Source: Cyanobacteria bacterium P01_F01_bin.150
GTDB taxonomy: Bacteria > Cyanobacteriota > Cyanobacteriia > CAKZMO01
Direction of reading: 5' to 3'
DNA length: 64,000 nucleotides
Assembly: GCA_039189765.1 (NCBI GenBank)
Contig: JBCCYL010000004.1
Span: 17,348-81,347, forward strand
Made by a program: the position numbers and the translations under genes. Positions 50,078-61,062 of the stretch are shown here, piece after piece. The notes under the pieces were generated by a model. That model did not search any database and had not been told where the DNA came from. It worked only from the letters and a program-made list of their open reading frames with translations. Each line of letters starts with the position of its first letter. The stretch's first letter is position 1.

Positions 50078-51103
50078 TTAAACCATAGTTAAAACATTAG
50101 GATTGCGTAAGTCCTGCAACGTACGGCACCCAGAACAAAATAGTGTCGTCGTTATTTCCGCTACTAAAAAGTTCATCAGTTCTTGTACCGCATCGTCTGA
50201 ATCGGCGGCAGCTTGTAAAAAGGGAAGGGCTAATCCAGCCATATCAGCTCCTAAGGCAATTGTTTTTGCCACATCCAATCCATTTCGGATGCCGCCGGAG
50301 GCAATTAGTGGAATGTGAGGCGCGACGGTTCGAATGGTCTGAATACATTCAGTGGTAGGGATGCCCCAATTCCCAAAGGTTTGGCCCAAACGTCGCTGCA
50401 ACTTATCTTTGGCCCGTTCTCCCTCTACCTGAGCCCAGGACGTGCCCCCTGCACCTGCTACGTCAATGGCGCTCACTCCAGCATTAATCAATTTTTGGGC
50501 CATGACCGCAGATATCCCATTCCCCACTTCTTTGGCAATCACAGGTACCGATAGGGCATTACAAAGATGCTCGATCTTAGCGAATAGACCACTAAAATTT
50601 TTATCTCCATTACTTTGGACACATTCTTGCAGCGGATTGATATGGAGAATTAACGCATCTGCTTGTAGGGAATCCACTGCTCGCAGACATTCATCCAGAC
50701 CGTAAGAATAATTGAGCTGTACGGCTCCAATATTGGCTAGCAGTAGGATATCTGGAGCAAGCGATCGCACCGCAAATGTATCTGTCACTTCTGGTTTTTC
50801 AATTGCCACCCGCTGGGACCCCACTCCCATGGCAATGCCATATTCCTGCGCGACCGTCGCCAGTCGCTGGTTAATATGTTTGGCCTGTTGAGTTCCCCCT
50901 GTCATAGAGGAAATAAGTAGGGGCGATCGCAGTGCTTTACCCAGAAAAGATGTGGAGATATCTATATCAGTCCAATCCAACTCTGGCAAACAACAGTGGG
51001 TAAAACGATACCTTTCTAATCCAGTCGAGTTCGTATGAAACTGTACGTCATCTTCCAGGCAAACACGTATATGGTCAGCTTTACGAGCTTGGGTATTACT
51101 CAT
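50078..51103 (-). CDS. fni: Type 2 isopentenyl-diphosphate delta-isomerase (FMN-dependent)
   Basis: [14 protein letters not shown]-terminus and FMN-binding TIM-barrel motifs. Confidence 0.85.
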   Translation of the reverse strand: MSNTQARKADHIRVCLEDDVQFHTNSTGLERYRFTHCCLPELDWTDIDISTSFLGKALRSPLLISSMTGGTQQAKHINQRLATVAQEYGIAMGVGSQRVAIEKPEVTDTFAVRSLAPDILLLANIGAVQLNYSYGLDECLRAVDSLQADALILHINPLQECVQSNGDKNFSGLFAKIEHLCNALSVPVIAKEVGNGISAVMAQKLINAGVSAIDVAGAGGTSWAQVEGERAKDKLQRRLGQTFGNWGIPTTECIQTIRTVAPHIPLIASGGIRNGLDVAKTIALGADMAGLALPFLQAAADSDDAVQELMNFLVAEITTTLFCSGCRTLQDLRNPNVLTMV

Positions 51104-51251
51104 GGGATATTAATCTAAGCAAACATCTGGGTAAACATCTAATTCCTGAATCACAATCCATAATTTGTGGACCGGAACCCAAGGCTCTTAAAACTCTGAG
51201 TTCCATCACTAGCTTCTTTGGCGACCTCCCAATCATGGCTTAGCTGAATGT

Positions 51252-51815
51252 CTAACGGGGGCGAGTAATTAGCTCGACAGCATCACGGTCATCGATGCTT
51301 TGTAAATAAACTTTTACCTGCTCCTCTGTCGCTGTGGGCAGACGTTTTCCTGTGAAATCAGGATGGATAGGGAGATCTCGATGGCCTCGATCCACCAGCA
51401 CTGCAAGGCGGATTATGCTTGGACGACCGTAATCTGTGACGGCATTAAGAGCAGCCCTAACGGTTCGGCCTTTATAGATGACATCATCGACTAAGATGAC
51501 GACACGCCCAGATAAATCAAAAGGAATTTGAGTCTTAGCAGGTGTCCTCAACTTTATTTGATCCAAGTCATCTCGATAAAACGTGATGTCCAATGCTCCT
51601 AAAGGTACCTGAACCTGTTCCAAGACCTCAATTTGACGAGCTAATAACTGGGCTAACGGCACTCCACGGGTGTAAATACCCAACAAAATCAGATTAGAGA
51701 GATCGGTGGTTTGTTCAACAATTTCAGAGGCCAATCGAGTTACTGTACGTCGAATTTCTTCGGCAGAGAGGATTTCAACAATTTCAGAAGCCATATTTAG
51801 AAACCATAGGATCAA
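51252..51815 (-). CDS. pyrR: Bifunctional pyr operon regulator / uracil phosphoribosyltransferase PyrR (true start probably Met 51794)
   Basis: PRPP-binding motif [18 protein letters not shown]. Confidence 0.85.
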   Translation of the reverse strand: MILWFLNMASEIVEILSAEEIRRTVTRLASEIVEQTTDLSNLILLGIYTRGVPLAQLLARQIEVLEQVQVPLGALDITFYRDDLDQIKLRTPAKTQIPFDLSGRVVILVDDVIYKGRTVRAALNAVTDYGRPSIIRLAVLVDRGHRDLPIHPDFTGKRLPTATEEQVKVYLQSIDDRDAVELITRPR

Positions 51816-52324
51816 GGTCAGTATTCACATCAGCTAAGTTGATGTGAACACTCTACTTTACGAGTTCAATCATTGGGTCCGATCACATAAATTTTCAATA
51901 AAGCCTAGGGAAAACACTGGCATCCCTTTTGTAGAAATGCCACAGTTTGATCATTCAAGACATCCACCTACTTGGATGTTATGGGTATCTTAATCTAGCA
52001 GGCATTTTTAAGAGATTTCCAACGGATGTCTCTTGTTTTTCGTCATAGCGTAAATAACGGAAAATGGGGTAAAAGATCTACCGAAACTTCATAAATTTGC
52101 TGAACGTATTCCACTGATGTTCCCGCTTAATTAAAGTATCTATCCAGCCATTAGATTGCATCACGTAAATCCTTAACGTTTTTGAGCGTCAAAAGACAGC
52201 AGTCTTTGACTTCAATCAAAATTATCAAAGAGTCGCTCAGAGCATCCATCAGAGTGTCCTTTGATGAGCGCAGGTCCGCTCCCGTATTCTTCCCAGTCTC
52301 TGAGAATACGGTATGTTTATTCGC

Positions 52325-52400
52325 TTTTAAAGGTTTCGTTTTAGAGCGAAGCGCTACTAATGCTAGTGGGCGTATAGAGCGCCTCTACGCCTTTAATTCC
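52325..52400. repeat. Dispersed composite palindromic repeat copy (ggtttcgttttagagcgaagcgc...)
   Basis: family member upstream of invertase gene. Confidence 0.5.
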
Positions 52401-52501
52401 CATTTTTTACCTGATGGGCAGCCAAGTTGCCCATCAGGTTTGAGATTTAAATCACATCATTGTGATTTCAGCCATAAACCACCATATGTCACCCGACCAC
52501 T

Positions 52502-53923
52502 ATGAATATATCGATTGATGCTACCCAAATCCCCTATTCCGTTGATTGGATTAGAGAAGCTCAGGATTTATTGAATGCCTCTATTGTGGAGTACCAGGGG
52601 AAACCCATTGGTACTGTTGCAGCCCGGGATCAAGGGGTGGAAGCATTAAATTATGACCAATGTTTTATTCGTGATTTTATCTCTTCAGCTCTTTTTTTTC
52701 TAACTGATGGTCGGACTGATATTGTGCGACATTTCCTGGTGGAAACGTTAGCGCTACAAAATAGCGATAAACAGATGGATCGGTTTAATGCCGGGCAGGG
52801 GTTGATGCCCGCTAGCTTCAAGGTGGAATCATGGGAAGAGGATCAATACCTTACGGCGGATTTTGGAGAGCATGCCATTGGTCGGGTGACGCCAGTGGAT
52901 TCTAGTTTTTGGTGGTTATGGCTGTTGAGAGCCTATGTAAAAACAACCGGGGATATCGCTTTAGCTCATCGGCCTGAATTTCAAGAAGGGATCATGCGCA
53001 TTCTCAAGCTTTGTTTGGCCGATCGCTTTGACATGTACCCAACGTTATTAGTGCCGGATGGATCCTTTATGATTGACCGTCGCATGGGAGTATCGGGACA
53101 TCCGTTGGAGATTCAAGCCCTATTCTATAGTGCATTACGTGCTGCTCGTGAACTGCTGACGCCGGGTTGTAAACGTCGAGATGTGATGATGCACGTGATT
53201 CATCAACGTCTCAGTACCCTCAATTTTCACATTCGGGAATATTATTGGCTTGACCTCAAACGCCTGAACGATATCTATCGCTATCGTGGTGAGGAATTTG
53301 GCGCTACAGCAGTCAATAAATTCAATATCTATGCGGACTCTATTCCTTTATGGCTAACAGAGTGGATGCCTGAAAAAGGCGGATATTTAGCTGGAAACTT
53401 GGGGCCAGCCCAAATGGATTTTCGCTTTTTTACGTTGGGTAATCTGCTGGCCATTATGGGATCTTTAGCCAGTCCCAAAGAATCCCAATCGATTATGGAT
53501 TTAATTGAGCAGCGATGGACGGATTTGGTGGGGTACATGCCCATGAAGATTTGTTTTCCCGCAGTGGAAGGTGAAGAGTGGAAAATTCTTACAGGGTGTG
53601 ATCCCAAAAATGTTCCCTGGTCCTACCATAATGGCGGCAACTGGCCCGTGTTGCTATGGCCGTTAACCGCAGTGGCAATCAAAACAGGGCGAAGAGAGCT
53701 GGCAGAGAGGGCGATCGCCATTGCTGAAAAGCGATTGAGCCGAGACGAATGGCCTGAATACTATGATGGCCGTAATGGCCGCCTAGTGGGTAAAGCCTCC
53801 CGTAAATATCAGACTTGGACAATTACTGGCTTACTTTTATCTAAAGCCCTTCTAAATAACCCCGAGCATTTGTCCCTGTTTTGCTTTGATGAAGATCCAG
53901 CTCTATCATCTTGGACTTACTGA
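52502..53923 (+). CDS. Alkaline/neutral invertase (GH100)
   Basis: Full-length match in character to cyanobacterial/plant neutral invertases ([13 protein letters not shown], (alpha/alpha)6 barrel). Confidence 0.85.
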   Translation: MNISIDATQIPYSVDWIREAQDLLNASIVEYQGKPIGTVAARDQGVEALNYDQCFIRDFISSALFFLTDGRTDIVRHFLVETLALQNSDKQMDRFNAGQGLMPASFKVESWEEDQYLTADFGEHAIGRVTPVDSSFWWLWLLRAYVKTTGDIALAHRPEFQEGIMRILKLCLADRFDMYPTLLVPDGSFMIDRRMGVSGHPLEIQALFYSALRAARELLTPGCKRRDVMMHVIHQRLSTLNFHIREYYWLDLKRLNDIYRYRGEEFGATAVNKFNIYADSIPLWLTEWMPEKGGYLAGNLGPAQMDFRFFTLGNLLAIMGSLASPKESQSIMDLIEQRWTDLVGYMPMKICFPAVEGEEWKILTGCDPKNVPWSYHNGGNWPVLLWPLTAVAIKTGRRELAERAIAIAEKRLSRDEWPEYYDGRNGRLVGKASRKYQTWTITGLLLSKALLNNPEHLSLFCFDEDPALSSWTY

Positions 53924-54066
53924 CAGTGACCCTGCATTTAAACTCGAAGCGATCGCACTAACTCATTTAGGTTAATGCGATCGCTCTTTTTTATGCTTTA
54001 CTGATCTAACGAGAAACTGGGACGCGCTGTGCCTTAGTTTTCTGTCTTAAATTCCCTCCATACAGA

Positions 54067-55452
54067 CTAGCGACCAATGCCCACGTATTGGAAGCCTAAA
54101 TCTGTCAGTAGCTGCTGGTCGAGGAAATTACGACCGTCAATCATAATTGGGGTATTCATTTTAGACGCCATCTTGGCAAAATCTAGCTCTCGGAACTGTT
54201 TCCAATCGGTTACCAACACCAAGGCATCACATCCCTCTGCCAGCATTTCGGCATCAGTCTCAACAAGCACGTTGGATAAACCATTTCGTAATCCAGACTG
54301 AGACACAATTGGGTCATAGGCCTTAACCCGTGCTCCCAAGCGGCTGAGTTGCTCAATTAAATCGAGTGCTGGCGCATCACGCATGTCATCAGTATCAGGC
54401 TTAAACGTTAAACCCAGGAGACCGACAGTTTTACCTTTCAATATCTTCAGCACTTGCTGTAGCTTTTCAAGGGTCATTAGACGCTGACGCTTATTCACGT
54501 CTACGGCTGCTTTCAACAATTGCGCTTCATAACCATAGTCATCCGCCGTGTGAATCAGAGCTGCAACATCTTTTGGGAAACATGATCCACCCCAGCCAAT
54601 GCCCGCTTGCAAGAATTTACCACCAATTCGAGAGTCCAAACCAATGCCATTTGCGACCTGAGTAACATCAGCTCCAACGCGATCGCAAATATTAGCAATC
54701 TCATTGATAAAGCTAATTTTGGTTGCCAAGAAGGTGTTTGCTGCATACTTGACCATCTCTGCTGAACTCAAGTCTGTTACAACCACAGGTACGGTAGGCA
54801 AGGACTTATCCTCTGCATACTCACGGGATACGATGGGTGCATACAGTTCCTTCATCATGGAAATAGCGCGATCGCTATCACTGCCCAAAACGATACGATC
54901 AGGGTTAAAGGTGTCATAGACAGCAGACCCTTCTCTCAAAAACTCAGGGTTACTGACAACATCAAAGTCTGCCGTAATTTCAGGCTCAGTTACGGTGCCT
55001 CCGCCACTGGGGACCAACGCTTTCTTTCGCTCAGCTACGCCATCCAGTACGATCATTCGCACCCAGTCTCCTGAGCCAATAGGCACAGTAGACTTATTAA
55101 CGATGACTTTATAGCCACCATTTAGATGAGTTCCAATCCCTTTTGCCACAGCTTCAACATAGCGAGTATCACTCTCACCAGTTGGTAGGGGAGGCGTTCC
55201 TACCGCAATATACAGGACATCTCCGTGGGCAACTCCTGCGGCTAAGTCAGAGGTGAATTTAATACGACCAGATTGAATAGAACTCTGCATCAATTCAGAT
55301 AGACCTGGCTCGAAAATGGGAGATTGCCCAGACTGCATCAATTTAACTTTTTCTTCATTATTGTCAACACAGATGACATCGTGACCAATGTTGGCAAGAC
55401 ATACACCGGTAACAAGACCAACATATCCAGTTCCTATTACACAAACTTGCAT
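54067..55452 (-). CDS. ugd: UDP-glucose 6-dehydrogenase
   Basis: MQVCVIGTGYVGLVTG NAD fold, catalytic GGSCFPKD. Confidence 0.9.
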   Translation of the reverse strand: MQVCVIGTGYVGLVTGVCLANIGHDVICVDNNEEKVKLMQSGQSPIFEPGLSELMQSSIQSGRIKFTSDLAAGVAHGDVLYIAVGTPPLPTGESDTRYVEAVAKGIGTHLNGGYKVIVNKSTVPIGSGDWVRMIVLDGVAERKKALVPSGGGTVTEPEITADFDVVSNPEFLREGSAVYDTFNPDRIVLGSDSDRAISMMKELYAPIVSREYAEDKSLPTVPVVVTDLSSAEMVKYAANTFLATKISFINEIANICDRVGADVTQVANGIGLDSRIGGKFLQAGIGWGGSCFPKDVAALIHTADDYGYEAQLLKAAVDVNKRQRLMTLEKLQQVLKILKGKTVGLLGLTFKPDTDDMRDAPALDLIEQLSRLGARVKAYDPIVSQSGLRNGLSNVLVETDAEMLAEGCDALVLVTDWKQFRELDFAKMASKMNTPIMIDGRNFLDQQLLTDLGFQYVGIGR

Positions 55453-55687
55453 CGGACAACTCCTTATTTATCAATGAACGATTAGTGTGCTTTCGAATTA
55501 ATCCTAATGACGGATGGCCAGCTTTAGCCGGTTAATGTGGGCATGAAACATTTCAAGTAGACATTTCTGACTGTCCCAAAGCGGCACCTATACAGGCATG
55601 AGTTAGGACAGAAGAGAGGAGGATATTTTCAATATCTAGTCATTGATTCCGGCGAACTATAGTGCCCCCTCTAGCTATATCGATGAA

Positions 55688-56656
55688 TTAAACAGCTACT
55701 GATTCCGCCTGTTTCTCTACGCGATTACGAAAGTCCTCAATCATCAGCTCAAGCCCTTTTTCAAGAGGGATAGTGGGTTCCCACCCTAAATATGTTTTTG
55801 CCTTAGTGATATCAGGCTTCCGGCGTAAGGGGTCGTCCTGAGGAAGAGGCTGGAACTGAATATTCGCATTTGGATTGATTCGCTTCTGAATTTCTTCTGC
55901 CAGCTGTAATATGGTGTACTCTCCTGGATTACCCAAGTTAACAGGCCCTATATAGTCTCCGTTCATCAGCCGCATTAAGCCTTCAACCAAGTCGGAAACA
56001 TAACAAAAACTGCGGGTTTGAGAGCCATCTCCATAGACTGTCAACGGGTTACCTTGCAGAGCTTGTACCACAAAGTTGCTTACAACACGGCCATCGTTTT
56101 CCAGCATCCGGGGGCCATAGGTGTTAAATATTCGAGCAACTCGGATATCCACATCATTCTGGCGATGATAGTCAAATGCCAAAGTTTCGGCAACTCGCTT
56201 ACCTTCGTCATAACAGCTACGAATACCAATAGTATTTACATTGCCTCTATATTCTTCTGGCTGGGGGTGTACATCAGGATCCCCATACACCTCAGACGTG
56301 GAGGCTAATAAGAAGCGAGCTTTTACCCGCTTAGCCAAGCCCAACATATGTAACGTTCCCATCACGTTTGTTTTAATGGTTTTAACCGGATTGTATTGGT
56401 AATGAACCGGCGATGCAGGACAAGCCAAATGATAAATTTGATCTACTTCTAACCGAATCGGTTCAGTGATATCATGACGAATCATTTCAAAGTAAGGATG
56501 GTTAATCCACTTCAAAATGTTCTGCTTGCGCCCAGTGTAGAAATTATCTAAACAAACAACGTCATGGCCATCGTTCATCAGCCGATCAATTAAGTGGGAA
56601 CCAATAAATCCAGCTCCACCCGTGACTAAAATTCTCATAGTTTTTTGATTTATCAC
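55688..56656 (-). CDS. uxs: UDP-glucuronate decarboxylase (UDP-xylose synthase)
   Basis: [16 protein letters not shown], YxxxK SDR motif, high similarity in character to UXS family. Confidence 0.9.
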   Translation of the reverse strand: MINQKTMRILVTGGAGFIGSHLIDRLMNDGHDVVCLDNFYTGRKQNILKWINHPYFEMIRHDITEPIRLEVDQIYHLACPASPVHYQYNPVKTIKTNVMGTLHMLGLAKRVKARFLLASTSEVYGDPDVHPQPEEYRGNVNTIGIRSCYDEGKRVAETLAFDYHRQNDVDIRVARIFNTYGPRMLENDGRVVSNFVVQALQGNPLTVYGDGSQTRSFCYVSDLVEGLMRLMNGDYIGPVNLGNPGEYTILQLAEEIQKRINPNANIQFQPLPQDDPLRRKPDITKAKTYLGWEPTIPLEKGLELMIEDFRNRVEKQAESVAV

Positions 56657-57084
56657 TAGAAATGCGATTGGTCATAGATAGTTCGTCTATATCTTAATTT
56701 TCTATTAAGATATAAGTATTGCACCCAAGCTAAGTTATTCCCGATTGAATTGTCCAAGGGGCAATAGGACAATTTCACTCAACATTCATACGGCTAGGCG
56801 CAACATGAATTACGGTTGAACGATAATTTAGCGAAAGATTGCCTAAAAGTGAAACATACAGGTTGGCATGGTAAGCATCAAATATCTTCGATCAGTATGC
56901 CCACGTAACTTTTTTTTCTATCGTATCGCCCAGATTAAGCTAGAATTCATGCAGGAGCTTATGAAAAATGTAAGCTCCGATGAAATGATTGACTCTCCAG
57001 TAAAGCGGAGACTTTACGATAATATGTGAATTGTGAACTACACTCTGTGTTCTGCGGAGTGTTGATCGGTAAAATACGGAGAGT

Positions 57085-57468
57085 ATGATGAATATTAAGT
57101 CTTTGCGCCACAAGCTAGGAATGATCTTGGCTGTCGCCCTTCTAGTAGTGTCCAGTGTATTTGTTGCTTCTTCACCAACTTTAGCGGAAACGATTCAGGT
57201 TAAGATGGGTTCAGATACTAGTCAGCTAGTGTTTGATCCAAACGACATTACTGCTAGTCCTGGTGACACTATTGAGTTTGTCGTAAACCAGATGGCTCCT
57301 CACAATATTGTGTTTGACTCTGACGCTTTGAAAGCAAGCAACGACCAGCTAATGTTTGCGCCTGGAGATAAGTCTACTGTGACTGTCCCCGATGCACCTG
57401 GAACCTACAATTTCTACTGTACTCCTCACCGTGGTGCAGGAATGGTTGGGAAGTTGACCGTTCAGTAG
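57085..57468 (+). CDS. petE: Plastocyanin precursor
   Basis: Signal peptide; type-1 copper ligands H..C.PH..M (YCTPHRGAGMVGK). Confidence 0.9.
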   Translation: MMNIKSLRHKLGMILAVALLVVSSVFVASSPTLAETIQVKMGSDTSQLVFDPNDITASPGDTIEFVVNQMAPHNIVFDSDALKASNDQLMFAPGDKSTVTVPDAPGTYNFYCTPHRGAGMVGKLTVQ

Positions 57469-57616
57469 ATAGCCTTAGTGTTTCATGGAATGTTCAGTGT
57501 GTTCTTGTACCTGCCACTCTGGGTCGCTATCGGTTTCAGAATTTGTTGGTTAATGAGATGCACTTTTTGATATTTTTGAGGTCCGGGGAAGCTTTAGATT
57601 GCTTCCCTTTTTTTAT

Positions 57617-57695
57617 TGGGGTTTCGTTTTAAGGCGAAACAAAATTAATGGTGGTGTGGGCGCGTTGCACCCACACCACCCGGCCTAAAAGTTGA
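57617..57695. repeat. Dispersed composite palindromic repeat copy downstream of petE
   Basis: ggtttcgttttaaggcgaaac + ggtggtgtgggcgcgttgcacccacaccacc. Confidence 0.6.
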
Positions 57696-57736
57696 TGCCT
57701 TTTATTCGACTGTTTAGCCTTTGTTGCACCTTGCGT

Positions 57737-59704
57737 TTAAGGTGGATAATCTTCATCATGCGAGTTCTTCAAGTAGGTGTAATGTTGCAGCGATCGCCCA
57801 TAGGTCTGTAGCAGTAGCTGAGCCTCGTCTAACGTAATGGACTCATCCTGCAACGCCTGCTCTGTGCGACGGCGTAAGTTTTCTAGAAGCGCATCTATAT
57901 CATAAGCAACTGCATTAAGGACTTGCCCAATCGTTTTGCCTTTAATGACTTGGTCAACCTGATACCCCTTGGCAGTGAGACATATTTGAACAATGTGAGT
58001 CTCTCCAAACAGGTTATGGAAACTGCCCATAATTTCCTGGTATGTTCCTCCCAAAAATAAGCCCAAGAAATAGGGACGATCTGGTTCCAAAGGGTGGAGG
58101 TTTAACAAGGGCTGTCTTTCGTTGCGATAGGGAAAATGACTAATCTTGCCATCACTATCGCAGGTTAAATCAGCTAGCGTTGCCTGGCAACTTGGATATT
58201 CGTTTAAGCGATGAATAGGCATAATGGGGAATAATTGACCGATAGCCCAAGAGTCAGGTATGGAACGAAATACAGAAAGGTTAATGTAGTAAATGGACGC
58301 CATAATCGAGTCTAACTCCATGATATCGTCCGACACATACTCCGCTTGACGAGCTTCTTGACGAACAATATTAAGAATACGATGACAGGCTACCCAGTAA
58401 ATTTGCTCAACGGTGGCTCGATCCGACATGCTCAGGTAACCCAGCTTGAAGAGGCTCAACGCCTCTTCTTTACATTGAATAGCGTCGTGATAAGCTTCCT
58501 GATAATTTTGAGAGGTGATCGATTCATACGCCTCCCACATATTACGTAAAACCAACGGCAGAGACTGAGCTTGTATAGCTGTTGGGGGCGTGAGATTGAC
58601 GCTAGTGTTTGGTGTATTAGTATCACTGCTGCCCAATACATCAAATATCAGAACGGACTGATGAGAAGCGATCGCTCGTCCGCTTTCACTAATGAGAGTG
58701 GGAACAGACACCTGACGTGCTTCACAGGCATCTTTTACCGCGGCCACCACATCATTGGCATAATTTTGCATGTTGTAGTTTTTAGACGCAGGACCATCAG
58801 TTTTGGAGCCGTCATAATCCACTGCCAGTCCTCCACCCACATCTAAAAACTGCATATTTGCCCCTGATTGCACCAGCTCCACATAAATCTGGCTGGCTTC
58901 CCGGAGCGCGTCTTTGAGCACGCTAATAGAGGAAATTTGAGACCCAATGTGAAAGTGAAGCAGTTGAAGGCAGTCTAAATGATGATGCGATCGCAGCGTT
59001 TCCACTACCGTCATAATTTCGGGAATCGTTAGACCAAATTTGGCACGATCGCCCGTCGTTTGTGCCCAACGGCCACTTCCTTTTATGCTCAGCTTGACCC
59101 TCACTCCTAAAATAGGGCGAATGTTCAGACGGTGACTGACGTTTAAGGCTAGATAGAGTTCCGAGGGGCGCTCCAATACAATAATAGGTCGATGGCACAG
59201 TCGCTGAGCTAATAAGGCGGCTTCAATATACGGTTCATCTTTATATCCATTGCAAATCAACAGGGAGTTGGGAGTGTTTAAGGTTGCCAAGGCAATCATT
59301 AGTTCTGGTTTAGACCCCGCTTCCAGCCCCAATTGATGAGTCATGCCAAAGCGCACCACATCTTCAACTAAATGACGTTGTTGGTTGCATTTAATTGGAA
59401 ATACGCCTTGGTAAGCACCTGGATAGTCGTACCGGGCTATCGCCTTTGCAAAACAGGCATTCAAACGCTCAATACGATCCGCTAATATATCGGGAAACCG
59501 GATAATCAGCGGTAGTTCTAACTGCCGTTGCTTGAGCGATTCTACTAGCTGAAACAAATCTAAGGTTCCACCGCGATCGCCCTTCGGTGAGACGGTAACA
59601 TGCCCAGCGGCATTGATCGAAAAATAAGGTTCTCCCCAGCCATGGAGATTGTATAGTTGCTCACTATCTTCAATTTTCCAGGCATCGACTGACTTCTTGA
59701 TCAT
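57737..59704 (-). CDS. speA: Biosynthetic arginine decarboxylase
   Basis: Full-length SpeA-type PLP fold-III decarboxylase. Confidence 0.9.
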   Translation of the reverse strand: MIKKSVDAWKIEDSEQLYNLHGWGEPYFSINAAGHVTVSPKGDRGGTLDLFQLVESLKQRQLELPLIIRFPDILADRIERLNACFAKAIARYDYPGAYQGVFPIKCNQQRHLVEDVVRFGMTHQLGLEAGSKPELMIALATLNTPNSLLICNGYKDEPYIEAALLAQRLCHRPIIVLERPSELYLALNVSHRLNIRPILGVRVKLSIKGSGRWAQTTGDRAKFGLTIPEIMTVVETLRSHHHLDCLQLLHFHIGSQISSISVLKDALREASQIYVELVQSGANMQFLDVGGGLAVDYDGSKTDGPASKNYNMQNYANDVVAAVKDACEARQVSVPTLISESGRAIASHQSVLIFDVLGSSDTNTPNTSVNLTPPTAIQAQSLPLVLRNMWEAYESITSQNYQEAYHDAIQCKEEALSLFKLGYLSMSDRATVEQIYWVACHRILNIVRQEARQAEYVSDDIMELDSIMASIYYINLSVFRSIPDSWAIGQLFPIMPIHRLNEYPSCQATLADLTCDSDGKISHFPYRNERQPLLNLHPLEPDRPYFLGLFLGGTYQEIMGSFHNLFGETHIVQICLTAKGYQVDQVIKGKTIGQVLNAVAYDIDALLENLRRRTEQALQDESITLDEAQLLLQTYGRSLQHYTYLKNSHDEDYPP

Positions 59705-59814
59705 TCTGTTTACCTTTTTCTAAAGAGGCATCATTATGTGCGCCTTTTTCTGAAGAGGAGACCTTTTGCGGAGCCAATATCGGCAAATAATTTTCTGTTA
59801 CTGGTACAGATATC

Positions 59815-59870
59815 GCTTGAGCAGAACCGGCTTGAGCAGAACCGGCCTGAGCAGAACCGGCCTGAGAAGT
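59815..59870. repeat. 15-nt tandem repeat c(t/c)tgagcagaaccgg x3 upstream of speA start
   Basis: seen in sequence; creates spurious ORFs on both strands. Confidence 0.75.
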
Positions 59871-59917
59871 CCATTCTTGACTTACCATTGCTTAATCCTA
59901 TTCATATCCAACTTGGG

Positions 59918-59992
59918 TATCAACTTTAGACGGGTGTTGTAGCGACGCGCCCACAACACCGTTCATTTTATTTCGCCTTAAAATGAAACCCT
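59918..59992. repeat. Dispersed composite palindromic repeat copy (reverse orientation)
   Basis: gacgggtgttgtagcgacgcgcccacaacaccgttc + tttcgccttaaaatgaaac. Confidence 0.6.
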
Positions 59993-60219
59993 CCAACGGT
60001 CTTCCTTTTTAAGGGAAATTTAGGGGGTTCTCTTGCTTTGGGCATACATTATCTTTAGGGGAGAATGACATTGCTGTTCTGCATTTATGCCTTTAAATAG
60101 CTCAGCGCATTAAAACATAAAAAGCGTTATTCCTTAAATCACTTGTCATACCGCTATAATCATCCTCATCTGAGCCTCTAACAAGTTGTTAGAAATGGAA
60201 GAAGTTTGAATAAAATCGC

Positions 60220-60549
60220 ATGAATGCATTATCAATTCCCACCTGGGTGATTCATATCTCCAGTGTTATTGAATGGACTGTTGCCATCTGGGTGATATGG
60301 ACCTACGCTGAATCCATTCATAATCCTGCATGGCGTGCCCTTTCCCTTGGAATGCTTCCCGCACTGGTCAGTGCGATGTGTGCTTGTACGTGGCACTTCT
60401 TCGATAACCCTAATTCTTTAGACTGGCTAGTGACGTTACAAGCCGCTACGACTCTACTAGGAAATTTTACCCTCTGTCTTGCGGGTTGGTGGATCTGGCG
60501 CTCTGTCACCATAAGCCCAGAGGGTATCAATGAGGATTCAACAAGGTGA
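60220..60549 (+). CDS. Conserved small membrane protein (Ycf49/DUF2499-like)
   Basis: 3 TM; overlaps next gene by 4 nt (ATGA). Confidence 0.45.
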   Translation: MNALSIPTWVIHISSVIEWTVAIWVIWTYAESIHNPAWRALSLGMLPALVSAMCACTWHFFDNPNSLDWLVTLQAATTLLGNFTLCLAGWWIWRSVTISPEGINEDSTR

Positions 60550-60851
60550 TGATGTTATTAGACACTTTACTATCGAAAGAAACACTTTTTGGCCTGTCGC
60601 TATTTCCCTATATTGGCTTCTTATGGTTTCTTACTCGTACCCCTGAGACTCCGCGTCTAGCTCTGATTGGCTTTTACGGCACTTTGGTATTTGTCGCGGT
60701 TACCATTCCAGCCGGAATTTATGCTGAACGCGTTTATAATGACGTGCTGGCAAATGTTGATGCCATTCACGGTGGAGCTGAATTCTTTCTAACGCTGTCC
60801 AATATCTTGGTCGTTGTAGGTTTTTACAAGGCAGTAAGATCAAAACGGTAA
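60546..60851 (+). CDS. Conserved small membrane protein (DUF3593-like), translationally coupled to previous
   Basis: 3 TM; gene pair arrangement. Confidence 0.45.
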   Translation: MMMLLDTLLSKETLFGLSLFPYIGFLWFLTRTPETPRLALIGFYGTLVFVAVTIPAGIYAERVYNDVLANVDAIHGGAEFFLTLSNILVVVGFYKAVRSKR

Positions 60852-61062
60852 AATAGTTAACCCTTCCAGCACTATCCGGAACTAGCATTAAGAAATAATA
60901 CCGGAAACGAATTTTGAACAAAATCGTCTCGTTTCATGCAATAAGGTATTAACCCAACCTTCACTCATCTCTTTTTTTTGATTTAGGAATAGATATCCCT
61001 GAATATATATCTAGAGATATCTATTCAGGGATATCATCGCCACTCATACAGATGTATTCATC

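Noticed and set aside
59670-59929. ORFs 59670..59888(-) and 59738..59929(+) encoding QAGSAQAGSAQ / LEQNRLEQNR
   Set aside because: Both are translations of the 15-nt tandem repeat upstream of speA, in a different frame from speA. Repeat artefacts.
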